Assembly: GCA_038087875.1 (NCBI GenBank)
Contig: CM075989.1
Coordinates: forward strand, 12,586,001 to 12,650,000
Origin: Malacoraja senta
Lineage: Eukaryota
Direction of reading: 5' to 3'
DNA: 64,000 bases
This document shows positions 1 through 11,619 of the stretch, in pieces. Below the pieces are notes generated by a model. It saw only the letters and a list, made by a program, of their open reading frames with translations. It was not told the origin of the DNA and did no database searches. Within the stretch, counting starts at the first letter, position 1. The number at the start of each line of letters is the position of its first letter. The position numbers were made by a program, and so were the translations under genes.

Positions 1-1855
1 GCTTTCCGTATTGCCACCCGGCTAGCACAAAACTCTTCATAGAGTTGGTCCATATTGACTGTCTCTGTCATTTTGAGGGCAGCCACCACCAGGTCAGTGA
101 AGGAGAGCTCCTCATCGAGGCCGATCAGTTTCAGTTTCATCATTACATTTTCTGGTGAGAAATCAAACCACTTGTCAATGTAAGTAATGACAGAGTCATA
201 GAACTTCACAAAGTCCTGTTGCTGCCTGGACCTTTGTGCTGGCACTTGTTTGTCCATCAGCTGCTTGGTCTGGTATAGAAAAAAGCTGTATTGTTTCCGC
301 TGAGGCATCTTCATTTTGAACTTTCGGACTTCCTCGTAAACATCTGTGATGCAGAGCTTTGTTTCCTCCAGGTTTTTTACGAGTTGGTCGAAAAAACACT
401 CTCCACGTTGTGGAAAAAGCACAGATAAATTTCCGTTGCTCCAGTTTTTTCTTCATCCTCAAAAATCCTCTTCAGTGTCACAGGACAGGTCTCAAGGGAC
501 CTGAAGTATGACATAAGAGCTGGCCAGCTTTGCAGGAGATGTTCGACAGCTGGATAAAGAGAGAGGGATCGTGTGCAAACAAGACGCAGATTTCACGCCA
601 CTCAATGTCAAGAAAGGCAAATAATGAACGCAGTTCCTCTCTTCGGGAAGAAGATATTGAGAAGTGGCTGTAGACCTTTAGAACAATTGTCTCAATTTCC
701 ACTGACAGCTGATCACAGGCGTGCTTGCAGGCATTATGCACCTAAACTTTGGAATTCACTACCCCCTCACATCCGCATACTGGACTCCATGACAGAATTC
801 AAAACCGCTCTTAAAACCCATCTTTTTAAACTAGCTTACTCATTTTAACTGCAGAAACTGTATCTTATTTTATATCAATCTTAACTCGTTGTGCTAAGCT
901 TTGTTGCTTATTGTATGTTTTATTGTTGATTATTTAATTACTTGTGCTTTGTTGCTTATTGTATGTTTAATACTGATATTATGTGATGTAAGGTGACCTT
1001 GAGTGTCTTGAAAGGCGCCATTAAATAAAATGTATTATGAGCTATGTGAGCTGGGCAATTAGCCTTCAGAATGCGATTGTTGACACTGCTCAATAACTGG
1101 TAATCTGAGTGGTGTTTTCCAAAGTTTACATTGACATTATCTGCTGCATAGGCTGTGACGTGTCTAATATCCAGTTCATACTTTTCCAGACAGCTCATCA
1201 GAGCTTGATGTATGCCATTTGCAGTTTCATCACTGTCTTCATAAAAGTCAAGTAACTTACACTGCACTTCATCAGACACAGAGAAATATCTCACGCACAC
1301 TAGAAACATTTTTCTATCTCCCTTGTTTGAGGCATCAGTGGCAACTGAGAATTACTCGGGCTCCGCGGGCTTACCTTCTTCGGTCGGGGACAGAACATCC
1401 ATAATATCCCACGCAGTCTTTGGTCCTAAAACATGCATTGTAATCATGTCAACTTTCGTTCTTCCCAAGTGCATCTTCTTCACAACATTTGAGTCATTAA
1501 ACAAAGCACCGTTGAGCTCAGCAAGACAGTCAGTGCTGTTGTAGTTGAGTCCGTGTTTAACCGTATAGAACACATACGAGGCTTCACGCCGCGATTTTGT
1601 CATTTTCCGCACTAGATTTCACGAAGAATGCACCAATATTGCTTGCACCTTTAGCTAGTGTGGCCTTCTTGTGCACTTCTGTGGAAGCATGCTGAGTTAG
1701 GTCATTCTCACCTCCATGTCCAATTGAGAATTCCCGACGGCATAAAGTACAGGAGGCCTTCGTCGAGTCACGCTGACGGGCTTAACCCACGCCTTTTTTG
1801 CTTCCCATTGCTTGTTATAGCTGCACAGTCTTTTCTTTTTTGCAGGTTTATCCAT
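1..1855 (-). pseudogene. hAT transposase pseudogene (frameshifts, stops, L2 insertion)
   Basis: Collinear fragments: MDKPAKKKRLCSYNKQWEAKKAWVKPV; VKHGLNYNSTDC...MHLGRTK; KLLDFYEDSDETANGI; AYAADNVNVNFGKHHS; KANCPAHIAHN|ACKHACDQLSVEIETIVLKVYSHFSISSSRREEL. Includes the CxxH motif of hAT transposases. Confidence 0.85.
739..1033 (+). mobile_element. 5'-truncated L2-clade LINE 3' end inserted in the hAT transposase
   Basis: Encodes HYAPKLWNSLPPHIR...FKTALKTHLFKLAY* (L2 ORF2 C-terminus), then an AT-rich UTR and AATAAAATGTATTA tail. ATTATG is duplicated at 733-738 and 1034-1039. Confidence 0.85.
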
Positions 1856-2083
1856 ATTTGCACATGCCAAACTGACCGAACAACACCAGATGTTACTGAA
1901 ACTTTTTGTTTTGGCAGGAATTGGCAAAATATAGTGTACAACTGATGTGCATAAGGGGGCCTGTGATTGGATGACAGGTGAATCACTCATGCGTGGCGTC
2001 AACAGCACATGGAACATGCACGTATGCTGTTGTGTCAGATTTAGAACCTGTCTGTAAGCGTGCCCTCTGATGATTACAGAGTA

Positions 2084-2195
2084 CACATGCTCCTCGACTT
2101 ATGCTTCGACTTACGATATTTCGACTTTACGATGGTGCAAAAGTGATACACATTCAGTAGAAACTGTACTTTGAATTTTGAATTTTGATATTTTC
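2084..2195 (+). mobile_element. Tigger/pogo-type terminal fragment, Tigger5/MER47-like
   Basis: TA followed by CACATGCTCCTCGACTTA..., repeated TCGACTT motifs and CATTCAGTAGAAACTGTACTT. Matches my recollection of Tigger5/MER47 termini. Confidence 0.65.
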
Positions 2196-2325
2196 GATGA
2201 ACCAGGCGTGCAACTGATACACGGAAAGTGACAGGACGTCAACCAAGTGACCAAGTCCGGGACAATTCGTTGACCAACGCAGCCGTGGCTGGGTGAATGA
2301 TGAGTTGGCCCAGGTGCTGGGCTGC

Positions 2326-2441
2326 ACACAAAGCCCAGCCGGCGGGCCAGCTGAGTTTTGGCCCAGGCCGCACGACGTTGCGCGCAAAGTCCGGCGCCTG
2401 GGCCAAAACTCCTCAGCTGGCCCGCCGGCTGGGCTTTGTGT
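2326..2441. repeat. GC-rich inverted repeat (43/46-nt arms, 27-nt loop)
   Basis: 2326-2368 is the reverse complement of 2396-2441 apart from one 3-nt bulge. Confidence 0.9.
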
Positions 2442-2789
2442 CCTGCTGCACGCAAAGTCCAGCACCCCATCCAACTCATGAACCGATGATCGGCCATGAG
2501 AAGGAGGGGTTGTGATGTCGGTGGTAAGTGAAGGTCCGAAGGTCGGACAGCTGGCCGGGCTGCCGACCGACAGGGCCACGGGCGAGGCGTGCTGCTGCAC
2601 TCCTTGGGCTGCACTATGTCGGGACGGGTGAGGCGGGGCCAGGCGTGGCGCTCCGAACCAACAGTCCCCTCGACCCGAATGGTACCAGTCAAATACAGGA
2701 CAAGGGCGGTCCCGTATGGGACAACCCAATTTAGCCCAATATATGGGATGTTCCGGCTAAAATGGGACATTGGCAACCCTACCTGAGTT

Positions 2790-4290
2790 CCAGGCTCAGC
2801 ACCAGGTCCACAACCTCCACGTTGCAGACTCCTACACCACGTGGCCTGACTGCTGGGTCCAACTGCTCCCCCCCTCCTACAAGGATCCTCAGTAGATGGG
2901 TCTTCCCCATCCCCCTTTTTTAACCAGGTTACCCCAACCACACCCCACACATACAATTGTCCTCACATCCCCCTCCTCTCTGAACACCCAACATCCCCCC
3001 ATCAGACCTCACCTCGGCCTTTGTCCACTCCCCGGCCCTCCTCTGACCCCAACCCCCACCCTTGTTGTGTCTTCACTATCCCCACTGACCTCCCCCTCTA
3101 TGATATGGAACGGTCTGTTCTCAACAGATGCCTCACCTATGTTCCCCTCCATCCCCATCTCAACGAGTTCCGGGTCCACCACGGCGTAGAGCTTTTCTTC
3201 CGTCGCCTCCGGCTCCGTGCCTTTTTCTATGGGAAGGAGTCCTCACCACCCAGTGATGACCTCTTCTCCCATCTCCACCGGTCCCCCACCTCTTGGACTC
3301 CCCAGAACGGCCTTCTACCCTCTCTAGACCTCTTTATTTCTAACTGCCGGCATGACATCAACCGTCTCAACTTTTCCACTCCCCTTACTTACTCAAATCT
3401 CACCCCCTCTGAACATACAGCCCTCTGCACACTCTGCTGCAACCCTGACATTATAACCAAATCCGCCGACCAGGGAGGTACCGTGGTAGTCTGGCGCGCT
3501 GACCACTACCGGGCTGAGGCAACTCTCAGACACCTCCTCCTACTTATCCTTGGACCATGATCCCACAGATGAGCACCAGGCCTTAATCTCAAACACCATT
3601 ACTGATTTCATCACTTCTGGCTGTCTGCCTTCCACAGCCTCCAACCTTATCGTTTCCCAGCCCCACACAGCCCGTTTTTACCTTCTCCCCAAAATCCACA
3701 AACACAACTGCCCTGGCAGATCCAGTGTTTCTGCCTGCTCCTGTTCCACAGAAATGATTTCCACATACCTCAACAACGTCCTATCCCCCCCGGTCCAATC
3801 TCTCCCGACTTATGTCCAAGATATCTCACATGTCCTTCGTCTCTTTAATGACTTCCGCTTTCCGAGCCACCACTCTATCTTCTTTACTATGGACGTTCTT
3901 AATGTTTTAATGTTTTATGTTTTATTCTTAATGGTTTACTGTATGTCGTGTTGTTACATGCGAGCGGAGCACCAAGGCAAATTCCTTGTATGTGTACATA
4001 CTTGGCCAATAAACTTATTCATTCATTCATTCATTGTCTGATTGAGGCTAAAGCAAATTGGAGGAACAGCATCTCATATTTCGCTTGGGCAGCTTATAGC
4101 CCAGTGGTTCTTTATCTCTCCACATCACCGTCTATATCTCTCGTTTCTCTTATCCCTAACCAGTCTGAAGAAGGGTCTCAACCCGAAACGTCACCCATTC
4201 CTTCTCTCCAGAGATGCTGCCTGTCCCCTTGTTACTCCAGCTTTTTGTGTCTATCTTCGGTTTAAACCAGCATCTGCAGTTCCTTCTTTC
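2790..4290 (+). mobile_element. Penelope-like retroelement relic: RT N-terminus, central deletion, GIY-YIG C-terminus, 3' terminal repeat
   Basis: FFRRLRLRAFF, IITKSADQGGTVVVW, FYLLPKIHK..PGR and FFTMDV (PLE RT), then KLEEQHLIFRLGSL. An unrelated LINE/SINE tail (about 3897-4035, ending in (ATTC)n) sits at the deletion junction. Confidence 0.85.
4165..4192 (+). ncRNA. Minimal type I hammerhead ribozyme core in the Penelope terminal repeat
   Basis: CUGAAGA-A-GGGU(CUCA)ACCC-GAAA-C-GUC. Both core boxes, stem II and the GUC triplet are intact. Stem III is reduced to the palindrome ACGU, and local stem I is only 2 bp. Confidence 0.6.
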
Positions 4291-5418
4291 ACAACTGTTG
4301 AGGTTAATCTGTGTCAGCAACTGGAGAACACATTTTCAATAACCTTTATAAAGCAGTGTGTTCACATCCACTCACTATTTGATGCAGGGAACTGCAAGAT
4401 GATCCTTCACTTACCTGCTCTGTAACCACGCTGATTCTATACCAACATATTCTAAAGATGAGCAGGAGTTGATTGTAAAGTTAACTGGATAATCCATTGG
4501 AATGGAAAAACTGCATTTGCTGGAAATCTGAAAAAAAAGCCCAGAAAACGCTAGAAACAGCAGATCAGGCAGCATTCGGGAAAGAAGCACAGTTAAGATT
4601 TCCTCAATAACAAGGGTCATTAACTGAATCATTAACTGTTTCTCTTTCCAAGGTAAGTGCTTCCAGCATTTTCTTTTTTTGAGACAAATCATAAACACTG
4701 TTTGATGTCCATGATGTATATTCAGCAATGGTCTGAAATTCTGCTTCAACTTATTACTGACTTACCTACTTTAATAATTATTGATTAATATTAATTATCC
4801 AATGTTATTCTTGAAAGCTCATTGATTATAACGGATGGCAGGTGGTTTATTGTGAAGGGATATTCTGTGAGAATAACAGAATTGGTTGCCAATTATATCC
4901 AGTTCTGCATTTTTTGGTTGCAGTGAAGTTTGAAATGGAATAGAGTTAACATAAGCAACCAGTAAATACTCTCACATGGTTTTGGCACCGAAATCAAAGT
5001 TTATCACCTTCCATTTTTCTATGCAGTGATCAAGATGGAACATGTCAGATTTTAACTGTTTATATGATGATTGAATCCTTTTCTAATCCTTGGAGAACAG
5101 AAGCTGCTTCCAAAATTTGTGCCTGCCATTGTTGTAGCAAGTTAGTTGGAGGTTAAAGACTCATAGCTTACAGTCTTATGAGTGTAATTTACAGTCATCA
5201 TATTTACAATCCTGTTGAATCATAGACCATCCAGGCTGTGGAGAGAGAAACTGAGGTAACATTTCAGCTCCCTGGCTTTTGACCAGAATTTGGAAAAGTT
5301 GGAAATGAAGCAAGTTTTCAGAATGAGAGAAAGGAGGGAAGGATGGAGAGAACTAAAAGAGGAATATGATAGGATAGGGATGTGGAGAGGTTGAGTGACA
5401 CATGCAGTGGTGCTTATT

Positions 5419-5761
5419 GTTTAGTTTAGTTTAGTTTAGTTTAGAGAAACTGTGAGGAAACAGGCCCTTCAGCCCAATGAGTCCACACCGACCAGAGATC
5501 CCCGCACTTTAACACAAGCCTACACACACTAGGGACAATTTACATTTATACCAAGTATATAAACCCAAGCCAATTAACCTACAAACCTGTACGTCTTTGG
5601 AGTGTGGAAGAAAACCGAAGATCTCGGAGAGAGTCCACGTGGTCACGGGGAGAACGTACAAACTCTATACAGACAGCACCCGTGGTCAGGATCGAACCCG
5701 GGTCTCCGGCGCTGCAAACGCTGTAAGGCAGCAACGCTACCACTACGCCACCGTGCCGCCC
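5419..5761 (-). mobile_element. tRNA-derived V-SINE (HE1-like), full length
   Basis: Minus strand shows A box TGGCGTAGTGG, B box GGTTCGATCC, V-domain GTTTGTACGTTCTCCCCGTGACC, CR1-like 3' end and (CTAAA)n tail. Confidence 0.85.
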
Positions 5762-6129
5762 ATTGAAGTTATTGCTGAAGGGAGCGTAAATAAGAACAAA
5801 CAAATGGAATCTGAAAAAACGGATGAGAGAAGAAAAAAACTGAATGTTGGAATTGTAAGATAGCTAGATAGCTAGTCTTTTAAAATCATTGAAATCTAAT
5901 CATTGTTGAGCCCTGAAATTTGCACTGTGTCAGTCAGAAGATAAGATGTTGTTCTTTGAACCGAGTAAGAGATCAAAGACAAAGTATGTGTGGGGTGGAG
6001 AATGAAACTAAAAGTCCAGTCGAAATGAGATACAAGAATCCAAAAGTTAAATAATGCAGATGCTGGAATATAAACTGGTCAGGCAACATCTGTGGCGTGA
6101 AATAGAGGTGCCAGCGCACCTTCTTTGTG

Positions 6130-6630
6130 ATTGCATCGATATGCTGAGCTCAAGACAGGTCATCCTAGATATTACTGGCCAGAAATTTGAAATTGCTCAC
6201 TCTCCCCACCATTGACCCACCGATGAAAACTGGCACATGGTCTCCTGAATTACCCTTTTCTGAAGAAAATGATTAGTTCCTTGGGTTTTGTTGATATTGA
6301 GCAAGAGGTTGTTGTTGTGGCACCACGTTCTCCTGTACACTGATTTCTTGATTTACAGATGGCATTGAAGCAGTGCTAAGCCATACAGTCATTGGTGTAA
6401 AGAGTGTACAGACGTGGACTAAGCATGCAGCTTTGAAGTGCACCTGTGTTTATGGGCATTGAGGGGCGTTGTTATCAATCCATACTGATTTAAGTTTGTC
6501 AATGAGGAAGTCAAAGATTCCGTTGCAAAGGGAGGTATAGAGACCCAGGTTTTTGAGCTTGGTGACAAGTTTGGAGGGAATGATTAGTTTGAACGCCAAG
6601 CCTTAATCAATGTGCAGCAGCATGAGATAC
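6130..6630 (-). mobile_element. Old Rex1/Babar-like LINE fragment (RT region)
   Basis: Degenerate match to the clearer copies at 20190-21010 and 32930-33790. Confidence 0.55.
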
Positions 6631-8441
6631 GATGGATTAATTGGCTTAAAAGCCATTTCCTACTGCTGTAGTTCTGGTTGGAGATTTCAGTTTTAAAAGG
6701 TCAAAATGTGAGTCTACAAGTGATCTTTAGTTGACAGCAAAACGTTGCCTCTTTCCGGTGCCATCTTAAGAAAATGGGATGGAATCAAGGTCTTTCAACC
6801 AATGGTGGAGGCAAACCTTTGGTCGAAGGGAAAGGAAGACAGATTGGAAGTATGATATGGAAAGCGACATTATTAAAACAGATTCGACAGAAGAGAAGAA
6901 AATAGGAGCGCAGAATGGAATACCCTGTATTTGCTGCTTTATAGAATACTGTATGTGTCAGAAAATGTAAGTTTGCTACGGTTGAGTCAACTTAAATGTG
7001 ATGGGAATTAGGTGAGATATAGGAAAGATACCAATGTTTCTGATACCACTTTGATCCCATCATCTCCAGACTTCTTCTTATTGCCCACCCATTTGATACT
7101 CCCACAGAAAATTTACCAACTCCCACCATAGTTATGACTGTTTCCCTTCTTAATCTTTTGTATCATAATATTCTGTTTTTCAAGCCTTATTGTAAACTTT
7201 CATGCGCATTTCCTTAACTTTAATTTGTAACCAAGTACAGATGCTGACAAGCTAAAGGACACCTCATCTCTATTTTCTTGCTCACGTTTTCCTCCTGCAG
7301 AACACTCCTACTGCTTGTACCTTCAGTCAAAGCGTGTTTGCTCATTCGGTTCATGGCAAAAAAACTGACTCTTCAGACTGCTGTTCCAGCCAGAATGGAC
7401 CTCAGAGAGTTCATTTATTTTCATAGGCAGGAGCAGCAGGAGTATTCCTTGAGGAGTATTCCTTGATAGCACAACAGGAACCGGGCTATTGCATCAAAAT
7501 TTCTCTTCCCAAATCAAAGTTAAATTTCTCTTTTCTGGAGCCAGGCCAGGTCATTCAATACTGGAATGACCCAAAGCCAATGAGCCATGATTCCATTTTT
7601 GATACTGAAAAATGTATGGCCTTTGCTGGTTGGTGTTTCTTTAAAGGTACACACTGAAGCACCGTAGGAACTAAGCAAAACCTGTGATTAATTCACTTCA
7701 ATGCAGATGCTTACAACCATTAGATATGGAGGTTTATTATCCATTAGTGTGGACGTTATAAGTTCAAGTCCAGGAGTGGTAGGGTACTGACTTAAAGTCT
7801 GAAATATAGCAAAAGTGTATTCAGTAAACGGTAAAACAGGTTTTTAAACAAAAAAAAGGAAAATGTGTCAGCTATTAGTTAATATTAAACCAAAATTGCT
7901 ACTTTCAGCATTTTCATTAGCCTGTGGCATTGGAAAAATAATTACAAAGCATATTCTCCATATCAATACTGCCATCACATTGCTTTACGCACTCATGCCA
8001 TTTTAAGAACGATATTGGATTTCCTAACTTGGGAATATTGCATTATTGGACCTTTTATGTTTTCACAGATTTGAGTTTAAAAAAATTTAAACTATTCTGT
8101 AAAATAGAACCATTTCTAAGACTATTGTTGTTATTACCCATCAAAATGAACAGTGTCTCCTTGATTGATAGTTCAAATTATAAAAATGCCTTCAATTATG
8201 AGAAAAAATGTACAGTTATATCAACAATGTTCTAATTACATTTTTCTTTTCAAGATTATGATATCAAATCAATATGTTAGAGACTCTCTTACTGTATCCA
8301 ACATAATCCTTGATAAATTTCTTCTGATTGCCCATTAACAAGTTGCTAAGCAAGCAAAACTCTTTCTTCTTGAGTCAGTTTTTGAATGAGAAGACAAACA
8401 CCTGAGAACGATGGGGAATAGTGGGGGAAAAACCCATCAGT

Positions 8442-8735
8442 GGACGGCTTGGTGGCGCAACGATAGAATTGCTGCCTTACAGCGCCAGAGACAAGGGTTC
8501 GATCCTGACAATGGGTGCTGTCTGTACGGAGTTTGTATGTTTTTCCCATGACCTGTGTGGGATTTCCCCAGGTGCTCCAGTTTCTTCCCACACTCCAAAG
8601 CCGTAGGTTAATTGGCTTGGTGAAATTGTAAATTGTCCCTCGTGTGTGTAGGATAGTGTTAGTGCACAGGGTGATTGCTGGTCGACTCGGGCCGAAGGGC
8701 CTGTTTCCGCGCTGTATTATTACACTAAACTAAAC
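8442..8735 (+). mobile_element. tRNA-derived V-SINE
   Basis: B box GGTTCGATCC, V-domain, GGGCCGAAGGGCCTGTTTCC 3' end and ctaaactaaac tail. Confidence 0.85.
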
Positions 8736-10200
8736 ACTGCCCACTGTTTCGCTTTACACAGATGCACTCTGACCTGCAGATTTTTCCAATACTTTCTGTT
8801 TTGCTTCGGATTTTCATGCATCTACATTTTTTAATCTATATAAAACTAGTCCATCTGCTCCTTTTGGTCTTTACACAAACATCCACTATCGATGTACTTA
8901 GTTATCAGGAACAATAGACCTCAATGCAGTCATTTAAATTATTTTACGGATGATGTCAGTGAGTCTGTTGCTAGAGTTAAGACTCTAGGGATGGAAACAA
9001 GGTTTGATTCTACATTGTGTTCTCACCTGAAGCTTGTCTGTGACCTTTTCAAACATTGGAAAGAAAATTATAAGGGTCTGACAAGATTGTGCTGAGGCAC
9101 ATAATGGGGCTCCTACATACTGCATGATTAGTGGGAGCATATTATTGATCAGAGGTTAAATATTATGCCATCCTTTCCGGAAGAAAAAGGACAGTGGAAT
9201 TAATCTTACATTTACAAAAGGAGCTTTATTTCTTTCAAGTGCTTATGAGAGTGTTTGTTTAAAAAAAAATCAAAATAAGAACTGGAAATTAACGAAGAAG
9301 AATGGAAAATTTTCAATTGCACATAACCTGAGGTTGCTGAGGAGTATTCCATTAAGTTAAGTTGTATTCTCTGTCTTCATTTACTTTAATATGCATATAA
9401 AGCTTACTCAAATCAACCATTTTCGTCTTTGTATGGGAGAGATTGTGGGTTTCTTCCATTCATAATGTTTGATTTACCGAAAGGTTATTGACATTCTTCT
9501 CGTCTTGTCTGGTACGCTGCTACAAGAGTGATGCTGGTAAAAAAAAACTAAATCTGCCCCCAGAGATAGAATGAGAAATATATTGCCATTGAGCTTACAT
9601 TAACGAGGAAAACATCAGGGACAATAAAAGCCAAACTTTTTCGTTTACTTTCCCTCATAACCTTTTGACAATTCTAACATGTAGGTGACCAGCAGGGCCT
9701 TTTTTCTCTTAATTTAGAACTTTGAATATTTGTATGCTTATCAATGACAGTTCTAAGAGATGGAAGAAAATCTTTAAATTTTGGAGTCTAACATTTTCAG
9801 CAAATATAAAGAACAGTGTAAAATAGCTTGAATCGATTTCTGATATTCTTTTGTGAGAAATTTCAAAATGTACTGCCACATTATGTGAAATTTGGTACTG
9901 TAGATATGAGCTCAATGGGATATGACTGAGATTGACCCAGACCATCATCAGCAGATGGAGGGAGAGAATAGGGAGACATGCATTCTATATGCCTGACTTA
10001 ACACCTTACTGATGGTGAAAGGTCTTCTGCTAAGCTGCTACATAATCCAGTCCTCAGAGAAAAAACAGTGTTCAATCACTGGAAGAAGAGTAAGTGATTA
10101 GCTATTTGCAGAAAGCCCAGAGTGAGAAAAATGCTTTGCTTTCCATTTTTATTGTGACATTATTATTTTGTGATTCTGTCCTTGCTTATCTATTTCAAAA

Positions 10201-10530
10201 TTTAGTTTAGTTTAGAGAAACAGCGCAGAAACAGGCTCTCCGGCCCACCAAGTCCACACCGACCAGGGTTCCCCGCACATTAACACTATTGTACACACAC
10301 TAGGGACAATTTACATTTATACTAAGCCAATTAACCTGTATGTCTTTAGAGTGTGGGAGGAAACCGAAGATCTCGGAAAAAACCCACACGGTCACGGGGA
10401 CAACGTACAAACTGCATTCAGACAGCACCCGTGGTCAGGATAGAACCCGGGTCTCTGGCGTTGCAAGCACTGTAAGGCAGAAACTCTACCGCTGCACCAC
10501 TGTGCTACCCTGTTGCCCCACCGTGCCGCT
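10201..10530 (-). mobile_element. tRNA-derived V-SINE
   Basis: Close match to 5419-5761. Confidence 0.85.
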
Positions 10531-10844
10531 TTCTATTATTATAATCAGTTAAATTGCACTTAAATAATTGTCCTCATTACCAGACTAACTGCCTGCTTCA
10601 TTCAGACCTGGATGTAAATTATTAAATATTGTAATCATTTCCTTCATGTCCAATCTTGCCATGCCAGAAAAAGGTGTCTAGTTTTCCTAATGAGGCTTTA
10701 AACAATGTGCTGATCAAAGTTAAACATCGGTGCCCAAAATGCAGATTGTGACTATTCTAAGATTGTGTCATCACTAATTTCGGACAGTGTGACCATCCTT
10801 TCATTGCCCAACCCCCTGCAACAAATCATTGCAGAGAGACATTA

Positions 10845-11382
10845 CTTGTCACAGTGGTACATAAAAAACGTAACAGGAGCAGGAATTTGCTACTCAGCCC
10901 TTTGGCCGAACGCACTATGGGAACTTCACTCGCCCCTCTGCAGGAACTATACATCAGAAGGTGTAACTCCAGAGCCAATAAGATCATGGGAGACCCCTTC
11001 AACCCCTGCAACGGACTGTTCCAGCTGCTACGGTCAGGCAAACGCCTCCGTTGCCATGCTGTGAGAACGGAGAGGTTGAGAAGGAGTTTCTTCCCTGAGG
11101 CCATTAGGACTGTAAACTCCTATCTCACCAGGGACTAACTTTACTGTACCACTCTACTGTTTTTTTTTAATTGCTGTTTTTTTTGTTTTTTTGTTTTTAT
11201 TTTCCTTTTTCCTTCCTCCCACAATATGTAATATGTAAAAGAATATGTGATTCTGTTCCATTCTGTTTGTAGTTTCTTTGTTTGTTTGTTTGTTTTTTGC
11301 ACAGTCCGCGAGCATTGCCACTTTTCATTTCACTGCATATCTCGTATGTGTATGTGACAAATAAACTTGACCTTGACCTTGA
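10845..11382 (+). mobile_element. Rex1/Babar-like LINE 3' fragment
   Basis: LQELYIRRC..RANKIMGDPFNPCNGLFQLLRSGKRLR...TERLRRSFFPEAIRTVN; tail GTGACAAATAAA plus (CTTGAC)n. Confidence 0.8.
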
Positions 11383-11619
11383 GCCTGAACTGCCATTTAT
11401 CAGGGTCATGACTGATCTTCCAACAGCGCAATTTACAGCACTTTCCCCAGAAATCCCAATGATGCCTGGATATCTGTTGATCTATGTTATGAATTAACAC
11501 AATTCAAAGAACAAATTGCCTCTATTGGACACCATTGTGCTTGAATTTAACTTGATTGTATTTATGTATAGTATTATCTGATACCTAGGTAAGGAAACCA
11601 AACTTATACATGATATGCC

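Larger units (their letters stand above)
1..2781 (-). mobile_element. hAT DNA transposon, Blackjack-like, decayed; runs off the left edge
   Basis: Terminus reads TAGGGTTGCCAA on the minus strand (2770-2781) with subterminal GGGAC-type repeats. Minus-strand transposase fragments lie downstream. Confidence 0.8.

Noticed and set aside
2111-2956. 281-aa minus-strand ORF (and overlapping 191-aa ORF)
   Set aside because: Spans three unrelated elements and a GC-rich palindrome, with no domain motif; open by composition.
5700-5761. tRNA-like A/B boxes here and at 8442, 10430, 14003, 14876 and 41700
   Set aside because: These are SINE heads continuing into the V-domain and LINE tail, not tRNA genes.
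8427-8442. AAAAACCCATCAGTG recurring near 63788
   Set aside because: A 15-mer match 55 kb apart with unrelated flanks; not interpretable as a TSD or repeat.
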